Of a DNA stretch of 59,994 bases, positions 8,162 to 18,238 are shown piece after piece (within the stretch, counting starts at the first letter, position 1; each line of letters begins with the position of its first letter). The DNA comes from Anaerolineae bacterium (GTDB lineage: Bacteria; Chloroflexota; Anaerolineae; JAADDB01), in NCBI GenBank assembly GCA_015486895.1, contig WFQT01000217.1, forward strand, positions 1 to 59,994. The letters run 5' to 3'. The position numbers and the translations under genes were made by a program. The notes beneath the pieces are model-generated. The model had not been told where the DNA came from. It saw nothing but the letters and a program-made list of their open reading frames with translations, and did no database searches.

Positions 8162-11100
8162 ATGGAACGACGTCAAGACGATTTCGTGCATTTGCACGTC
8201 CATAGCGAGTATTCACTCTTAGATGGCCTCAGCCGCATTCCAGAACTGGTAGCCCGGGCGAAAGAAATGGGACAGCCGGCCTTAGCGCTCACCGACCACG
8301 GCGTCATGCACGGAGTCATTGAGTTTTACAAAGAAGCCGAGAAAGCTAACATCAAGCCTATCATCGGGGTGGAAGCCTATTTGGCGACACGTCGCATGAC
8401 CGATCGGGATCCACAGTTAGACCGCAAACCATACCATTTGCTCCTCTTGGCTCAAAATCAGACCGGCTACAAGAACCTGCTCCAACTCATTTCCGAGGCC
8501 CAACTCAAAGGATTCTATCAAAAACCGAGATTTGACCACGAACTCCTGGCTAAACATGCGGAAGGGCTCATCGCCACCACCGGCTGCATGGCAGCAGAAA
8601 TCCCGCAGTTGATGAACCGGGGACAAGACGCTGCCGCCGAGCATCAACTCCAATGGTACATAAACCTATTTGGCCAGGAACGTTTCTTCGTCGAACTGCA
8701 AGAACACGGCATCGAAGCACTGACCCAAATTAACCGCAAGCTGCTAAGGCTGGCAAAGAAATACGACTTAAGAGTCATCGCCACCAATGATGTGCATTAC
8801 GTGCGCCAGGAAGATGCTCCGGCCCACGACGTGCTCCTCTGCGTACAGACCAAATCTACCCTGCGCGATCCAAAGCGCATGCGCATGAGTGATAATTCCT
8901 ACTATCTGAAAAGCGGCGCCGAGATGATGCAACTTTTCAAGGAAACGCCGGAGGCACTTTACAACACCTTAGATATCGCCGAAATGTGCGAGATAGATCT
9001 ACATAAACAAGGCTATCACTTGCCCCATTTCGCCGTTCCAGAAGGTTTCAACGAGGAAACTTACCTGCGCCACCTTTGCCAAACTGGCCTGCAAAACCGC
9101 TACGGGGCTCGGGCAGATAACGCTGATGTGCAAAAGAGGCTTAATTACGAATTAGACGTTATCCACAGCATGGGCTTCGATGCTTATTTTCTCATCGTTC
9201 GCGACCTGGTCATGTACGCCAAGGAACACGGTATCTGGTGGAATGTACGCGGCTCCGGAGCGAGCAGCTTGGTGGCCTATAGTTTATACATCACCCATTT
9301 AGATCCGCTACCGCACAAACTCATCTTTGAACGTTTTCTCAACCCCAGCCGGGTAAGCATGCCGGACATCGACCTGGATTTCCCCGATGACCGGCGAGAT
9401 GAGCTTATTCAGTACACAGTACAAAAGTACGGCCAAGAAAACGTGGCCCAAATCATCACTTTCGGCACCATGGGTCCTCGGGCCGTCATTCGGGATGTAG
9501 GCCGGGTCATGGACTTAGAATTGCGCCAGGTAGATCGCATTGCCAAGTTAGTGCCTCCCGGCCCGCATACAAAAATCGCGGACGCGCTGAAACAACCAGA
9601 CCTAAAAGAAGAAATAGAAAAGAACGAAGAAGTCCGTGAGCTTATCAAGATCGCACAACGATTGGAAGGTATCACTCGCCACGCATCCACGCACGCCGCG
9701 GGGGTCATCATTTCGGACAAGCCACTGGTTAACTACACCCCCTTACACCGCATTGCCCGTGAAGGTCCTATCGGGGTAATGACGGAATTCGTTGGCGAGA
9801 CTTTAGAAGGCGATATCGGCCTGCTCAAAGTGGACTTCCTGGGGTTAGCCACCCTGACCATCATGCAACGTGCTGCTGCCCTCATCGAAGCCCGGCATGG
9901 CGTCAAACTCGCCTTAGAAACAATCCCCACCGACGACCCAGAAAGCTACAAACTACTTTCGACCGGGGAAGTCACGGGTATTTTCCAGGTCGAATCTCCC
10001 GGCATGCGGCGGGTGCTGCGCAACATGCAGCCGACCCAATTGTCGCACATCATCGCTACTGTGGCGCTGTATCGCCCCGGGCCAATGGATTACATTGATA
10101 ATTTCATCGCCCGCATGCACGGCGAAGCAGAAATCAGCTATCGCCACCCTATCCTGGAATCCATCTTGGGCGAAACGTACGGTGTCATCGTTTACCAGGA
10201 ACAAATCATCCAGATCGCCACCCAAATGGCCGGCTATGAGCCGGGCGAAGCAGACTACATCCGTAAAGCAGTCTCCAAGAAAAAAAAGGAGGAGCTGCTG
10301 CATCACCGGCAAAAATTCATCGCCGGAGCAATAGCCAACGGCATCAAAAAGGAAATCGCAGAGGCCGTCTTCGGCGACATTGAGAAATTCGCCCGCTATG
10401 GTTTTAACAAAGCCCACGCCGTCGACTATGCTACCATCACCGTGCAAACGGCTTACATGAAAGCCCACTACCCCCTGGAATACATGGCTGCCCTGCTGGA
10501 TGTGGAAATTCATGACCAGGAAAAGGTCGCCAAGTTTATCAGGGACGCCCGGCGGATGGGCATCGCCATTCTGCCACCAGATATCAATGGCAGTAATAAA
10601 TCATTCACGATTGAATCTCTACCGCCGGAGGAAGCTCTTTCCCTGGGGATCGAACAAAAAAGTGATTACGCATTCCCCGTGCCGCCAGGCGCGGCCATTC
10701 ACTTTGGCTTAGCAGCGATAAAGAATGTCGGCGAGGGCCCGGTGGATGTCATCTTAACTGCCCGGCGTGAAGGCGGCCCATTCCGCTCCTTAGAATCTTT
10801 CGCCCAGCGTGTAGACTTGCGCCAGGTAGGCAAGCGAGCCTTAGAGTCGTTGATCCGGGCTGGAGCTTTTAAGAGATTTGGTAACCACCAACAGCTCTTG
10901 GAAGTCATGAACCAACTGGTGGGTATCAGTGCCGCCCACTTTGCCGCCAAAGACGCGGGGCAAGCCAGCCTTTTTGGCTTGTTGGGGGAAAAGGAAACCG
11001 TTAGCGAGATCGTTTTGCCCGATATACCGGCGCCACAGGAGAACACCCTCCTGACATGGGAGAAAGAGTACGTCGGCGTGTACATCACCTCTCATCCCTT

Positions 11101-11881
11101 GGAGAAACTCAGCGTGGATCTGGAGAAGTTCATAAATTTCCATTGCGACGAATTCGACAATGATCTTGTCGGCCATCAAGTTACTCTCGTCGGACTCATT
11201 ACCAAAACAAAGCGGCTAACAACACGCAAAGGGGATGCGATGCTCATTGTCACCATGGAAGACTTGCGCGACGGATGCAATGTGGTGGTCTTCCCCAAAA
11301 CTTACCAGGCAACCCGGGAACTATGGAAAGAGCAACAAATCGTACAAGTCCGAGGAAAAGTCAACAAGCGTGACAAGGATTTTAGCATCATTGCCGAAGA
11401 GGCGACCGACAGACTGATAGAAGCCTCCGCAGCCCAGCGGCCAAGAAATGGCCGTAAGGAGTATCCTACGCCCCCACAAGAACTCTCGCCGTCTCCACCC
11501 ACACACATTGCTGAAGCGCCCCCCCCCTGGTTAGATCAGGAAGCCGAGGAAATTGCACCACCTCCACCGGTGGAGACGCCACCTCTCCCCTCGCAAGAAG
11601 CAGTGTCCGAACCAGCCAAGGAAGTGCGCATCTATTTCCAACGCAGTCAAGATGCCGCCGCTGACATTCACAAACTACAAACTATCTACCAGCTATTGAC
11701 TGAAACATCCGGATTAGACACTTTTTCCATTTTCATCCCGGTGTCCAGGAAACTCGTTGAAGTTACCTTTCCCAAAAACAAGACCCATTGGTCGGAGCAA
11801 TTAGCCGGCAAATTAGAAACCATTATTGACAAGGATGCTATCCAAGTGCAGGAAATCGCTGCCCATTCAACAACGAAATAG
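8162..11881 (+). CDS. dnaE: DNA polymerase III alpha subunit, with a Pro-rich linker and an extra C-terminal ~85-aa domain.
   Basis: PHP domain start (FVHLHVHSEYSLLDG), polymerase core (DIDLDF, GLLKVDFLGL), HhH and OB regions. 1239 aa. Confidence 0.97.
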   Translation: MERRQDDFVHLHVHSEYSLLDGLSRIPELVARAKEMGQPALALTDHGVMHGVIEFYKEAEKANIKPIIGVEAYLATRRMTDRDPQLDRKPYHLLLLAQNQTGYKNLLQLISEAQLKGFYQKPRFDHELLAKHAEGLIATTGCMAAEIPQLMNRGQDAAAEHQLQWYINLFGQERFFVELQEHGIEALTQINRKLLRLAKKYDLRVIATNDVHYVRQEDAPAHDVLLCVQTKSTLRDPKRMRMSDNSYYLKSGAEMMQLFKETPEALYNTLDIAEMCEIDLHKQGYHLPHFAVPEGFNEETYLRHLCQTGLQNRYGARADNADVQKRLNYELDVIHSMGFDAYFLIVRDLVMYAKEHGIWWNVRGSGASSLVAYSLYITHLDPLPHKLIFERFLNPSRVSMPDIDLDFPDDRRDELIQYTVQKYGQENVAQIITFGTMGPRAVIRDVGRVMDLELRQVDRIAKLVPPGPHTKIADALKQPDLKEEIEKNEEVRELIKIAQRLEGITRHASTHAAGVIISDKPLVNYTPLHRIAREGPIGVMTEFVGETLEGDIGLLKVDFLGLATLTIMQRAAALIEARHGVKLALETIPTDDPESYKLLSTGEVTGIFQVESPGMRRVLRNMQPTQLSHIIATVALYRPGPMDYIDNFIARMHGEAEISYRHPILESILGETYGVIVYQEQIIQIATQMAGYEPGEADYIRKAVSKKKKEELLHHRQKFIAGAIANGIKKEIAEAVFGDIEKFARYGFNKAHAVDYATITVQTAYMKAHYPLEYMAALLDVEIHDQEKVAKFIRDARRMGIAILPPDINGSNKSFTIESLPPEEALSLGIEQKSDYAFPVPPGAAIHFGLAAIKNVGEGPVDVILTARREGGPFRSLESFAQRVDLRQVGKRALESLIRAGAFKRFGNHQQLLEVMNQLVGISAAHFAAKDAGQASLFGLLGEKETVSEIVLPDIPAPQENTLLTWEKEYVGVYITSHPLEKLSVDLEKFINFHCDEFDNDLVGHQVTLVGLITKTKRLTTRKGDAMLIVTMEDLRDGCNVVVFPKTYQATRELWKEQQIVQVRGKVNKRDKDFSIIAEEATDRLIEASAAQRPRNGRKEYPTPPQELSPSPPTHIAEAPPPWLDQEAEEIAPPPPVETPPLPSQEAVSEPAKEVRIYFQRSQDAAADIHKLQTIYQLLTETSGLDTFSIFIPVSRKLVEVTFPKNKTHWSEQLAGKLETIIDKDAIQVQEIAAHSTTK

Positions 11882-12056
11882 AGTCATGGTTCATTTTGCC
11901 TATCACGCCGCTATATAATCAGGTCTGGTTTACAAGGCGTCATGCGGGCTGCGTATTGCGGTAGCATAATGCCCCGTTCAAAATCGAACATTGAGGCAAT
12001 ACACAGTACGGACTACGAGGATCAGAATGAGAAACTGACCTGGTTTGTAAAGAAGT

Positions 12057-12348
12057 GGAGTCTGGCGAGAATGACGTTTTAGGTTCAGCCTAACTATCTT
12101 CACCGCAGATTGCATGGATTAAAAACACGGTTACTACTTAGCCTTCCCAACAATTGGACGCTGATACACGCTGATTTTCGCTGATCGCTTCTGGTTTATT
12201 TGCTTTATCTGCGTGAAATCTGCGTTCTATTTGCTCAAGGCTGAGCAGTCACAGAACATGAAAAGAAAAATAGATTTTCATTTGCTTTTCGACCCAAATC
12301 TGCGAAGTTCTGTGTTTTTCTGTAGCTAAAATAAAAACACCAGAGTCC
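12057..12348 (+). repeat. Composite intergenic repeat, family 2, copy E.
   Basis: See copy D. The inner module is 12135-12247, with a degenerate left TIR 'tacttagcctt' and an intact right TIR 'aaggctgagca'. Confidence 0.9.
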
Positions 12349-12422
12349 AGTGAAGAAGAAAGGGGCACAAAATGAGCCATGTCCAAATATTCTCATTATT
12401 TCCATAGGAAAGGGGTCAGAAA

Positions 12423-13727
12423 ATGTCCGTCGATGAAATGAAGCAAGCATCCAAAAAAATTATTTATTCCTGGGCCTTATATGATTGGGCCAATTCCGCT
12501 TTTGCGACTACCATCATGGCTGCGGTCCTGCCGACCTTTTACAGTGACGTTGCCGCCAAAGGGTTATCCCCGGTAACTGCCAGTAGCTACTGGGGATATA
12601 CTAACACAATCGCCATGCTACTAATTGCTATCATGGCACCAATTTTAGGCGCTATGGCAGACCATAGCGGGGCAAAGAAGCGGTATTTAGGCTCTTTCGC
12701 CAGCATTGGCATCCTGGCCACTGCGGGAATGTATTTCATCACCACCGGCGATTGGCTTTTTGCCTCAGTGCTCTACATTTTTGGCCGTTTCGGTTTCGCC
12801 GGGGCAAATATCTTCTACGATTCCCTGTTACCTCACATCGCCGGAGAAGACAAAATTGACCAGGTCTCCGCCCTCGGTTACGCTACCGGTTACTTAGGCG
12901 GCGGCTTACTGCTGTTGCTCAACCTGGCCTGGATTATGATGCCCCAGAAATTCGGCTTTGCCAATGCCGAAATTGCCACCCGTGCTTCCTTCATCAGCGT
13001 CGCCGTCTGGTGGGCCATTTTCTCCGTCCCCCTCTTCAGGAACGTGCCAGAACCGAAAGCGGTGCGGATGACTGGGGAATCGGCACACCCTGTCATCGCT
13101 GGTTTCCAACGTATTGCCAAGACCTTCTCAGAAATCCGGAATTATAAAGAGCTGTTCAAGTTCCTCATCGCTTTTTGGCTATACAATGATGGTATCGGCA
13201 CCATCATTATCATGGCGGTGATTTACGGTAAAGAGATTGGCATTGGTACCAGTGACTTAATCGGCGCTATCCTCATGATTCAATTTGTCGGCGTTCCCTT
13301 CTCATTGCTATTCGGACGCATACCTCACTGGATAGGCAATACCAAACGAGCTATTCTGTTGGCTTTAGGCGTTTACACTCTCGTCGCCATTGGCGGCTAC
13401 TTCATGCAAACAGCTTTGCACTTCTGGATGTTAGGAATCATGGTTGCCATGGTACAAGGTGGTAGCCAGGCCCTCAGCCGCTCTCTCTACGGAGCTATGA
13501 CGCCCAAAGCAAAGTCTGCTGAAATGTTCGGCTTCTATGATGTCAGTTCCAAGTTTGCCGGCATCATTGGGCCAGCACTCTTTGGCGCGATTGGCCAGCT
13601 CACCGGCTCCAGCCGCTTGAGCATCGTTTCGTTGATTATTTTCTTCATCATAGGCGGCGGGTTACTCTCGACGGTGGATGAGAAAGCTGGTATTGCCGCT
13701 GCCCGTCGATTAGATAGTCAAGTATAG
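12423..13727 (+). CDS. MFS transporter, UMF1 family.
   Basis: N-terminal signature YSWALYDWANSAFATTI and 12 predicted TM segments. Confidence 0.85.
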   Translation: MSVDEMKQASKKIIYSWALYDWANSAFATTIMAAVLPTFYSDVAAKGLSPVTASSYWGYTNTIAMLLIAIMAPILGAMADHSGAKKRYLGSFASIGILATAGMYFITTGDWLFASVLYIFGRFGFAGANIFYDSLLPHIAGEDKIDQVSALGYATGYLGGGLLLLLNLAWIMMPQKFGFANAEIATRASFISVAVWWAIFSVPLFRNVPEPKAVRMTGESAHPVIAGFQRIAKTFSEIRNYKELFKFLIAFWLYNDGIGTIIIMAVIYGKEIGIGTSDLIGAILMIQFVGVPFSLLFGRIPHWIGNTKRAILLALGVYTLVAIGGYFMQTALHFWMLGIMVAMVQGGSQALSRSLYGAMTPKAKSAEMFGFYDVSSKFAGIIGPALFGAIGQLTGSSRLSIVSLIIFFIIGGGLLSTVDEKAGIAAARRLDSQV

Positions 13728-13769
13728 CCTGTAACTATCGCAGGACAACCATAGGCAAAGGGGAAACAC

Positions 13770-15278
13770 ATGCCAGAGTTCGCTATCAACCCTTTCACCC
13801 ACCAACTTTTGACCTTCCTGCAGGAAAAGGGATGGCAACCTTACCTGGTAGGCGGCTACGTCCGCGATTCACTCCTAAAGCGACCCAGCCACGACATCGA
13901 CATCGTGGTGGCCAGCGAGGCGCGCCGGGCAGCGCGCCTGCTGGCCGACCACTTTGGCGGTGCCTATTATGACTTAGACTCAGAGCGGGATTTCGGACGC
14001 GCTATCTTCTTGCCCACCCAAGCAGACGACTTACCCTTAGAAGTGGATGTAACGTCATTCCAAGGGAAAGATATCAACAGTGATTTAGCCGACCGGGACT
14101 TTACGATCAATGCTATGGCGCTGACGCTAACGCCAGAGCCCCGGCTAATTGATCCCTTTCATGGTTATGAGGATTTGCAGGCATGCCTGTTACGCCCGGC
14201 AACCCCAGATGCTTTGAAGGCGGACCCGGTACGTCTACTGCGAGCCATCCGTTTTGCCTTAGCGCTGCATTATCACTGTACAGAAGACTTAATCACCGCC
14301 ATTCCAGTACAGGCGCCTTTACTGGCACAAGTCAGTCCAGAGCGTCTGCGAGACGAATGGCATCGCATTTTAGCCGGGCCCCATCCCGCCGGCGGCATAT
14401 TGCTAATGGACCGCTTCGCTCTTTTACCCCACCTCCTACCAGAACTGGTCGCTTTGCACGACGTAGAACAGCCAGAAGTGCACCAGCATGACGCCTTCCT
14501 CCACACCGTAACCGTCTTACGCTACCTCAACGGCTGGCTGCGCTGGCTCGATGGCTCATCCGACCGCCCACCCGGCCTTTTCTCTAAAGATAGTCAGGCG
14601 CACTTGCAGCCATTTCGCTCCTGGCTAAAAGACACTCTCGCTGAGCCACTAACCGCCGACCGTCCCCGTTCCTTGGCTTTGCTCTGGGGAGCTCTACTGC
14701 ATGATGTGGGCAAAGCCACAACACAGAGCCGGGACCAAGACGGCCGCTTACACTTTTTCGGTCACGAAACAGTCGGACAGAAAATGGCCAAACAGGTAGC
14801 CGAACGGTTCCGCCTTAGTCGTCCAGAGGTCAGCCGGATACAACAACTGGTGCAATACCATATGCTGCTGCATTATCTGTTTCACAGCGTGGAAGGAGCG
14901 GAACCGCCCTTGCCGAAACGCCGGGCATTGTTTCGCTTATTCCGGGACACGGAAGAAGTTCTACCGGAATTGATTTTGCTCTTCTTAGCCGACGTTCAGG
15001 GCACCTACGAGCGCCGCTTAATAAAAAATGACTGGCAGCGGCGGCTACAGATGGCCGCCGGCTTACTGGAAGCTCTTCGCAATGAGCGCGATATTATCTT
15101 GCCGCGCCCGCTACTTAACGGCAACGAAGTAATGGCAATACTGAGCCTACCGCCGGGGCCGGCAGTAGGGCGGCTCTTGCAGGCAATGCAGGAAGCGCAA
15201 GCTACCGGGGAGATCACCGATAGAGAAAGCGCCATCGTCTGGACCCGGCAATGGCGGGATGTGCCGTCATCATTGTAG
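13770..15278 (+). CDS. cca: CCA tRNA nucleotidyltransferase (class II, with an HD domain).
   Basis: YLVGGYVRDSLL...HDIDIVV nucleotidyltransferase motif, RDFTINAMA, and HD motif LLHDVGK. Confidence 0.85.
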   Translation: MPEFAINPFTHQLLTFLQEKGWQPYLVGGYVRDSLLKRPSHDIDIVVASEARRAARLLADHFGGAYYDLDSERDFGRAIFLPTQADDLPLEVDVTSFQGKDINSDLADRDFTINAMALTLTPEPRLIDPFHGYEDLQACLLRPATPDALKADPVRLLRAIRFALALHYHCTEDLITAIPVQAPLLAQVSPERLRDEWHRILAGPHPAGGILLMDRFALLPHLLPELVALHDVEQPEVHQHDAFLHTVTVLRYLNGWLRWLDGSSDRPPGLFSKDSQAHLQPFRSWLKDTLAEPLTADRPRSLALLWGALLHDVGKATTQSRDQDGRLHFFGHETVGQKMAKQVAERFRLSRPEVSRIQQLVQYHMLLHYLFHSVEGAEPPLPKRRALFRLFRDTEEVLPELILLFLADVQGTYERRLIKNDWQRRLQMAAGLLEALRNERDIILPRPLLNGNEVMAILSLPPGPAVGRLLQAMQEAQATGEITDRESAIVWTRQWRDVPSSL

Positions 15279-15406
15279 AGGTGCCCCTACGACACCTTTC
15301 CGTTCCTCACCAGCTACCTTCCCAACAGCTTGCGCTGGAAATATGACCTCACATCCGTTCCACAAGGCGATTGCAAAAGCGCGCTCCTACTTATTGAGAA
15401 GACCGA

Positions 15407-15558
15407 CATGGTTCATTTCAAATCGAAACAATCTTGACAAATAGGGCTGGAAAGAAAGCCACGGAAAGGCACAGAAAAGACTGAAGATAAGAATATTTTT
15501 CGTGTAATTCTGTGTCATTCCGTGGCCTAATTAGCTGCTACGTCTCAGTAAATCTATC
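15407..15558 (-). repeat. Dispersed intergenic repeat, family 1, copy C (reverse orientation, one phased unit shorter).
   Basis: The reverse complement aligns with 29419-29578 and 975-1134. Confidence 0.85.
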
Positions 15559-15645
15559 AAGATAGGAAATAGCTCTTTTGAAGCACGCCAGAAGACTAAA
15601 TTTCTGCTATAATGGGAATCCATCTTTGACGCTATAGGTGTTTCA

Positions 15646-16272
15646 ATGTCCCCAAGCTGCTCCATAAAAGGAATCATCTTCGACTTCGGTGGTGTGCTGG
15701 CCGAGGAAGAAGCGCGCAACCAGCTTTTGCTGACATTCGATCGCCAGCTCGACCTACCACCTGGTACTATCCGCCACACGCTTTACAGCGGCGATAACTG
15801 GGAAGCAGCCTCCACGGGGAAAATTACACACCGGGAGCACTGGGAAGCTACACCTGCTCCTCATTGGGCGGAACAATTACCACCGGAATTTGCACACTTG
15901 CAAGAGGACAATTTCTACGGCCAGCCTCTTGATGAAAAGATGGTTCAAATCGTGATCAAAATGAGTCAACACCACAAGATAGCTCTGTGCAGCAATGCTT
16001 TCCCTTCCCTCTTACGACACTTGCAGGAACGTCCGGAACTCTTTGCCGCTTTCGACGCTATTATCATCTCCGCATTGGTGGGCATGCGCAAACCGGACCC
16101 GGCCATTTACCGGCTAACGGCCAAGCAATTACAGTTGGCTCCGGAGAATTGTCTATTGATCGATGACCAAGCCCGCAATACGGAAGTAGCAGCGCAAATC
16201 GGCATGCAAACATTACGCTTCGACGACAGGGAAAAAACGGTGAAGCGGCTGCACCAAATGGGACTGTTATAG
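15646..16272 (+). CDS. HAD-superfamily hydrolase (subfamily IA-like).
   Basis: Motif I IIFDFGGVL, motif II LCSNA, and a C-terminal LLIDD. An extended -10 'tgctataat' lies at 15605-15613. Confidence 0.75.
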   Translation: MSPSCSIKGIIFDFGGVLAEEEARNQLLLTFDRQLDLPPGTIRHTLYSGDNWEAASTGKITHREHWEATPAPHWAEQLPPEFAHLQEDNFYGQPLDEKMVQIVIKMSQHHKIALCSNAFPSLLRHLQERPELFAAFDAIIISALVGMRKPDPAIYRLTAKQLQLAPENCLLIDDQARNTEVAAQIGMQTLRFDDREKTVKRLHQMGLL

Positions 16273-16289
16273 CCCACAGATAATACGGA

Positions 16290-17072
16290 TCAAGACTTCG
16301 GCGTGGGAAGAATGGTTACCCGCCGGCGGGGATGCTCGCCAACACTCTCAGTATACACCCCGGGATAATCGCGCAGCGTGAGGTGCACGATGCGCCGTTC
16401 CGAGGATGGCATCGCTTCCATTTTCACCGGCCGACCGCTCTCGACAACCTGCTTAGCCAGGCGCAGAGCTAATCTTTGCAAAGATTCACGCCGCCGCTTG
16501 CGATAAGACTCCACGTCTACGTTAATGCTGACCCAGTGCTTCACCCTCTGGTTCACAATCAGGCGCACCAAGTACTCCAAGGCACGCAATGTCTCAGATT
16601 GGCGACCTATGAGGGCGCCCAGGTCCTTGCCCTGCACATCCAGCACCAGCGGCGGATTATCCGGGTCCACATCAATGCCATCATCAACGTAATTGTCAAT
16701 GCTTACATCAAATCCAATATACTCCAATATAGTACGCAACGAAGCGCTGGCCATCTCAACAAGCTCTGGGGAATATAGGCTTGCCGCCTCGCTTGCAGTG
16801 CCGGCAGAGGCTGCCTTGACAGCCGATTCCTCTGACAACGCTGTCGGAACAACTGCCTCGACAGGCGCAGGCGCGGCAGAAGAATCCTTGTCCATCCCAA
16901 TGGGGATTAGCAGGACACGGGCATCAACAGCGCCAATACCAAACAGACCTTTATTGCCCTCGTTAATCACCTCAACTCGAACCTGGTCCTTGCGCAGGCC
17001 CAGTTCGGATAGTCCTTGTTCGATAGCCTCAGCAACACTTTTCCCTCGAAATTCTCGATTTTGCTTTTGCAT
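16290..17072 (-). CDS. khpB: RNA-binding protein Jag/KhpB (Jag_N, KH and R3H domains).
   Basis: FRGKSVAEAIEQGLSELG (Jag_N) and a C-terminal R3H motif (MPSSERRIVHLTLRDYPGVYTESVGE). ATG 17072 has an upstream 'aaaggtga' SD. The listed start at 17120 is unlikely. Confidence 0.85.
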   Translation of the reverse strand: MQKQNREFRGKSVAEAIEQGLSELGLRKDQVRVEVINEGNKGLFGIGAVDARVLLIPIGMDKDSSAAPAPVEAVVPTALSEESAVKAASAGTASEAASLYSPELVEMASASLRTILEYIGFDVSIDNYVDDGIDVDPDNPPLVLDVQGKDLGALIGRQSETLRALEYLVRLIVNQRVKHWVSINVDVESYRKRRRESLQRLALRLAKQVVESGRPVKMEAMPSSERRIVHLTLRDYPGVYTESVGEHPRRRVTILPTPKS

Positions 17073-17198
17073 GGAATCACCTTTGCCCGATACCAGAAGG
17101 GCCCCAAAAAACGTATGCACTTATCAACAAAGTGCACTTTTCTTAGTAAGGAAGTGCTATCGTGTTCTCGTTCTCCTACCTATCTTCCTAACCTGGCC

Positions 17199-17350
17199 GA
17201 GCCAGAACCGAAAAGCAAACCACGGATTATATAGATTCCCACGGATTTTCGGTTTATCTAATTTGTGTAATCTGTGGTTCATCTTCTTGCACCGTGTACA
17301 AGAAATTCGCTAATAAGATACTAATCTGCGGACATACTGCGGACAGTATA
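17199..17350. repeat. Intergenic block of phased 7-nt direct repeats (ccacgga / tctgtg / ctgcgga words at 9-11 bp spacing).
   Basis: Examples are 'ccacggattatatagattcccacggatttt', 'atttgtgtaatctgtgg' and 'aatctgcggacatactgcggaca'. The left edge 'agccagaaccgaaaagcaaac' recurs at 36653 and partly at 32433. Confidence 0.7.
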
Positions 17351-17383
17351 CTCTCAAACCAGCGTGGATAGTCACAGTAAGGA

Positions 17384-18208
17384 CTACTTGCCTTTTTTCT
17401 TTTTCTTCTTCTTCTTTGTCACAGAGGGTTGCTGTTTCACCTCTACGATATTGCTTTGCGCTCCGACAGTCACCGGCGCCGCTTGCGCCGCTGCCTTATT
17501 CACAAAGTATTGCTGCCCAATGCCCAACAGGTTGGAAGTCACCCAGTAAAGGGAAAGAGCAGAAGGCAAAGTAAGCGTGATATAAGCAAACATGATACTC
17601 ATAAGCCACATCATCTGATTCATCATTTTGTTCTGTGAACTTTGCTGGGCAGTATTAGTCGACATCCACTGCATCACCACCTGGCTGACCATGAGCAAAA
17701 CTGGCAAGACCAAGTAAGGAAGCGCCCCCATCCATCCCCCCTTGATGGAGGGAGGGAATGGATAAATCCACTTCAGCCCCGCGCCAATGTAAGGAAATGA
17801 GAGATCAGGGATAAACCACCAAGCGACCTTGACCAGTTCGCCTCCGGAGGCTAAATCGCGAATGGCATAGTAGAAACCAAAGAGGATTGGCCACTGCACC
17901 AGCATAGGCAAACAGCCGCCTAAGGGGTTTACACCTGCCTCCTTATAAAGCTCTTGTTGCGCTTGCATCATTTTTTGTTGGTCTTTGCCATATTTCTTCT
18001 TCAGCTTCTCTATTTCCGGCTGCAATTCCTGCATTCGGCGCATAGACTTCATAGAGCTGAAAGTGAGAGGAAGGGTGACTAACCGCAAGACAACCGTCAC
18101 CAGGATGATAGCCCATCCCCAGCTATCCGGGATGTGCAATGTCATAAACAGCACATTGGAGGTTCTGAGCAATATGACCAACGGCTCGACAAAAATCGCG
18201 TGTAACAT
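17384..18208 (-). CDS. yidC: Membrane protein insertase YidC (short form) with a poly-Lys C-terminal tail.
   Basis: Conserved LPLTFSSMKSMRRMQELQPEI...YKEAGVNPLGGCLPMLVQWPI. C-terminus KKKKKKKKGK. Confidence 0.93.
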   Translation of the reverse strand: MLHAIFVEPLVILLRTSNVLFMTLHIPDSWGWAIILVTVVLRLVTLPLTFSSMKSMRRMQELQPEIEKLKKKYGKDQQKMMQAQQELYKEAGVNPLGGCLPMLVQWPILFGFYYAIRDLASGGELVKVAWWFIPDLSFPYIGAGLKWIYPFPPSIKGGWMGALPYLVLPVLLMVSQVVMQWMSTNTAQQSSQNKMMNQMMWLMSIMFAYITLTLPSALSLYWVTSNLLGIGQQYFVNKAAAQAAPVTVGAQSNIVEVKQQPSVTKKKKKKKKGK

Positions 18209-18238
18209 AAAGTTTCCGTACCTTTTCAGTGCAACAAC

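Noticed and set aside
8162-11881. An intein in DnaE, because the protein is ~80 aa longer than typical.
   Set aside because: The extra length is fully explained by the C-terminal Pro-rich linker plus terminal domain. The polymerase core reads through without an inserted block or splice-junction motifs.
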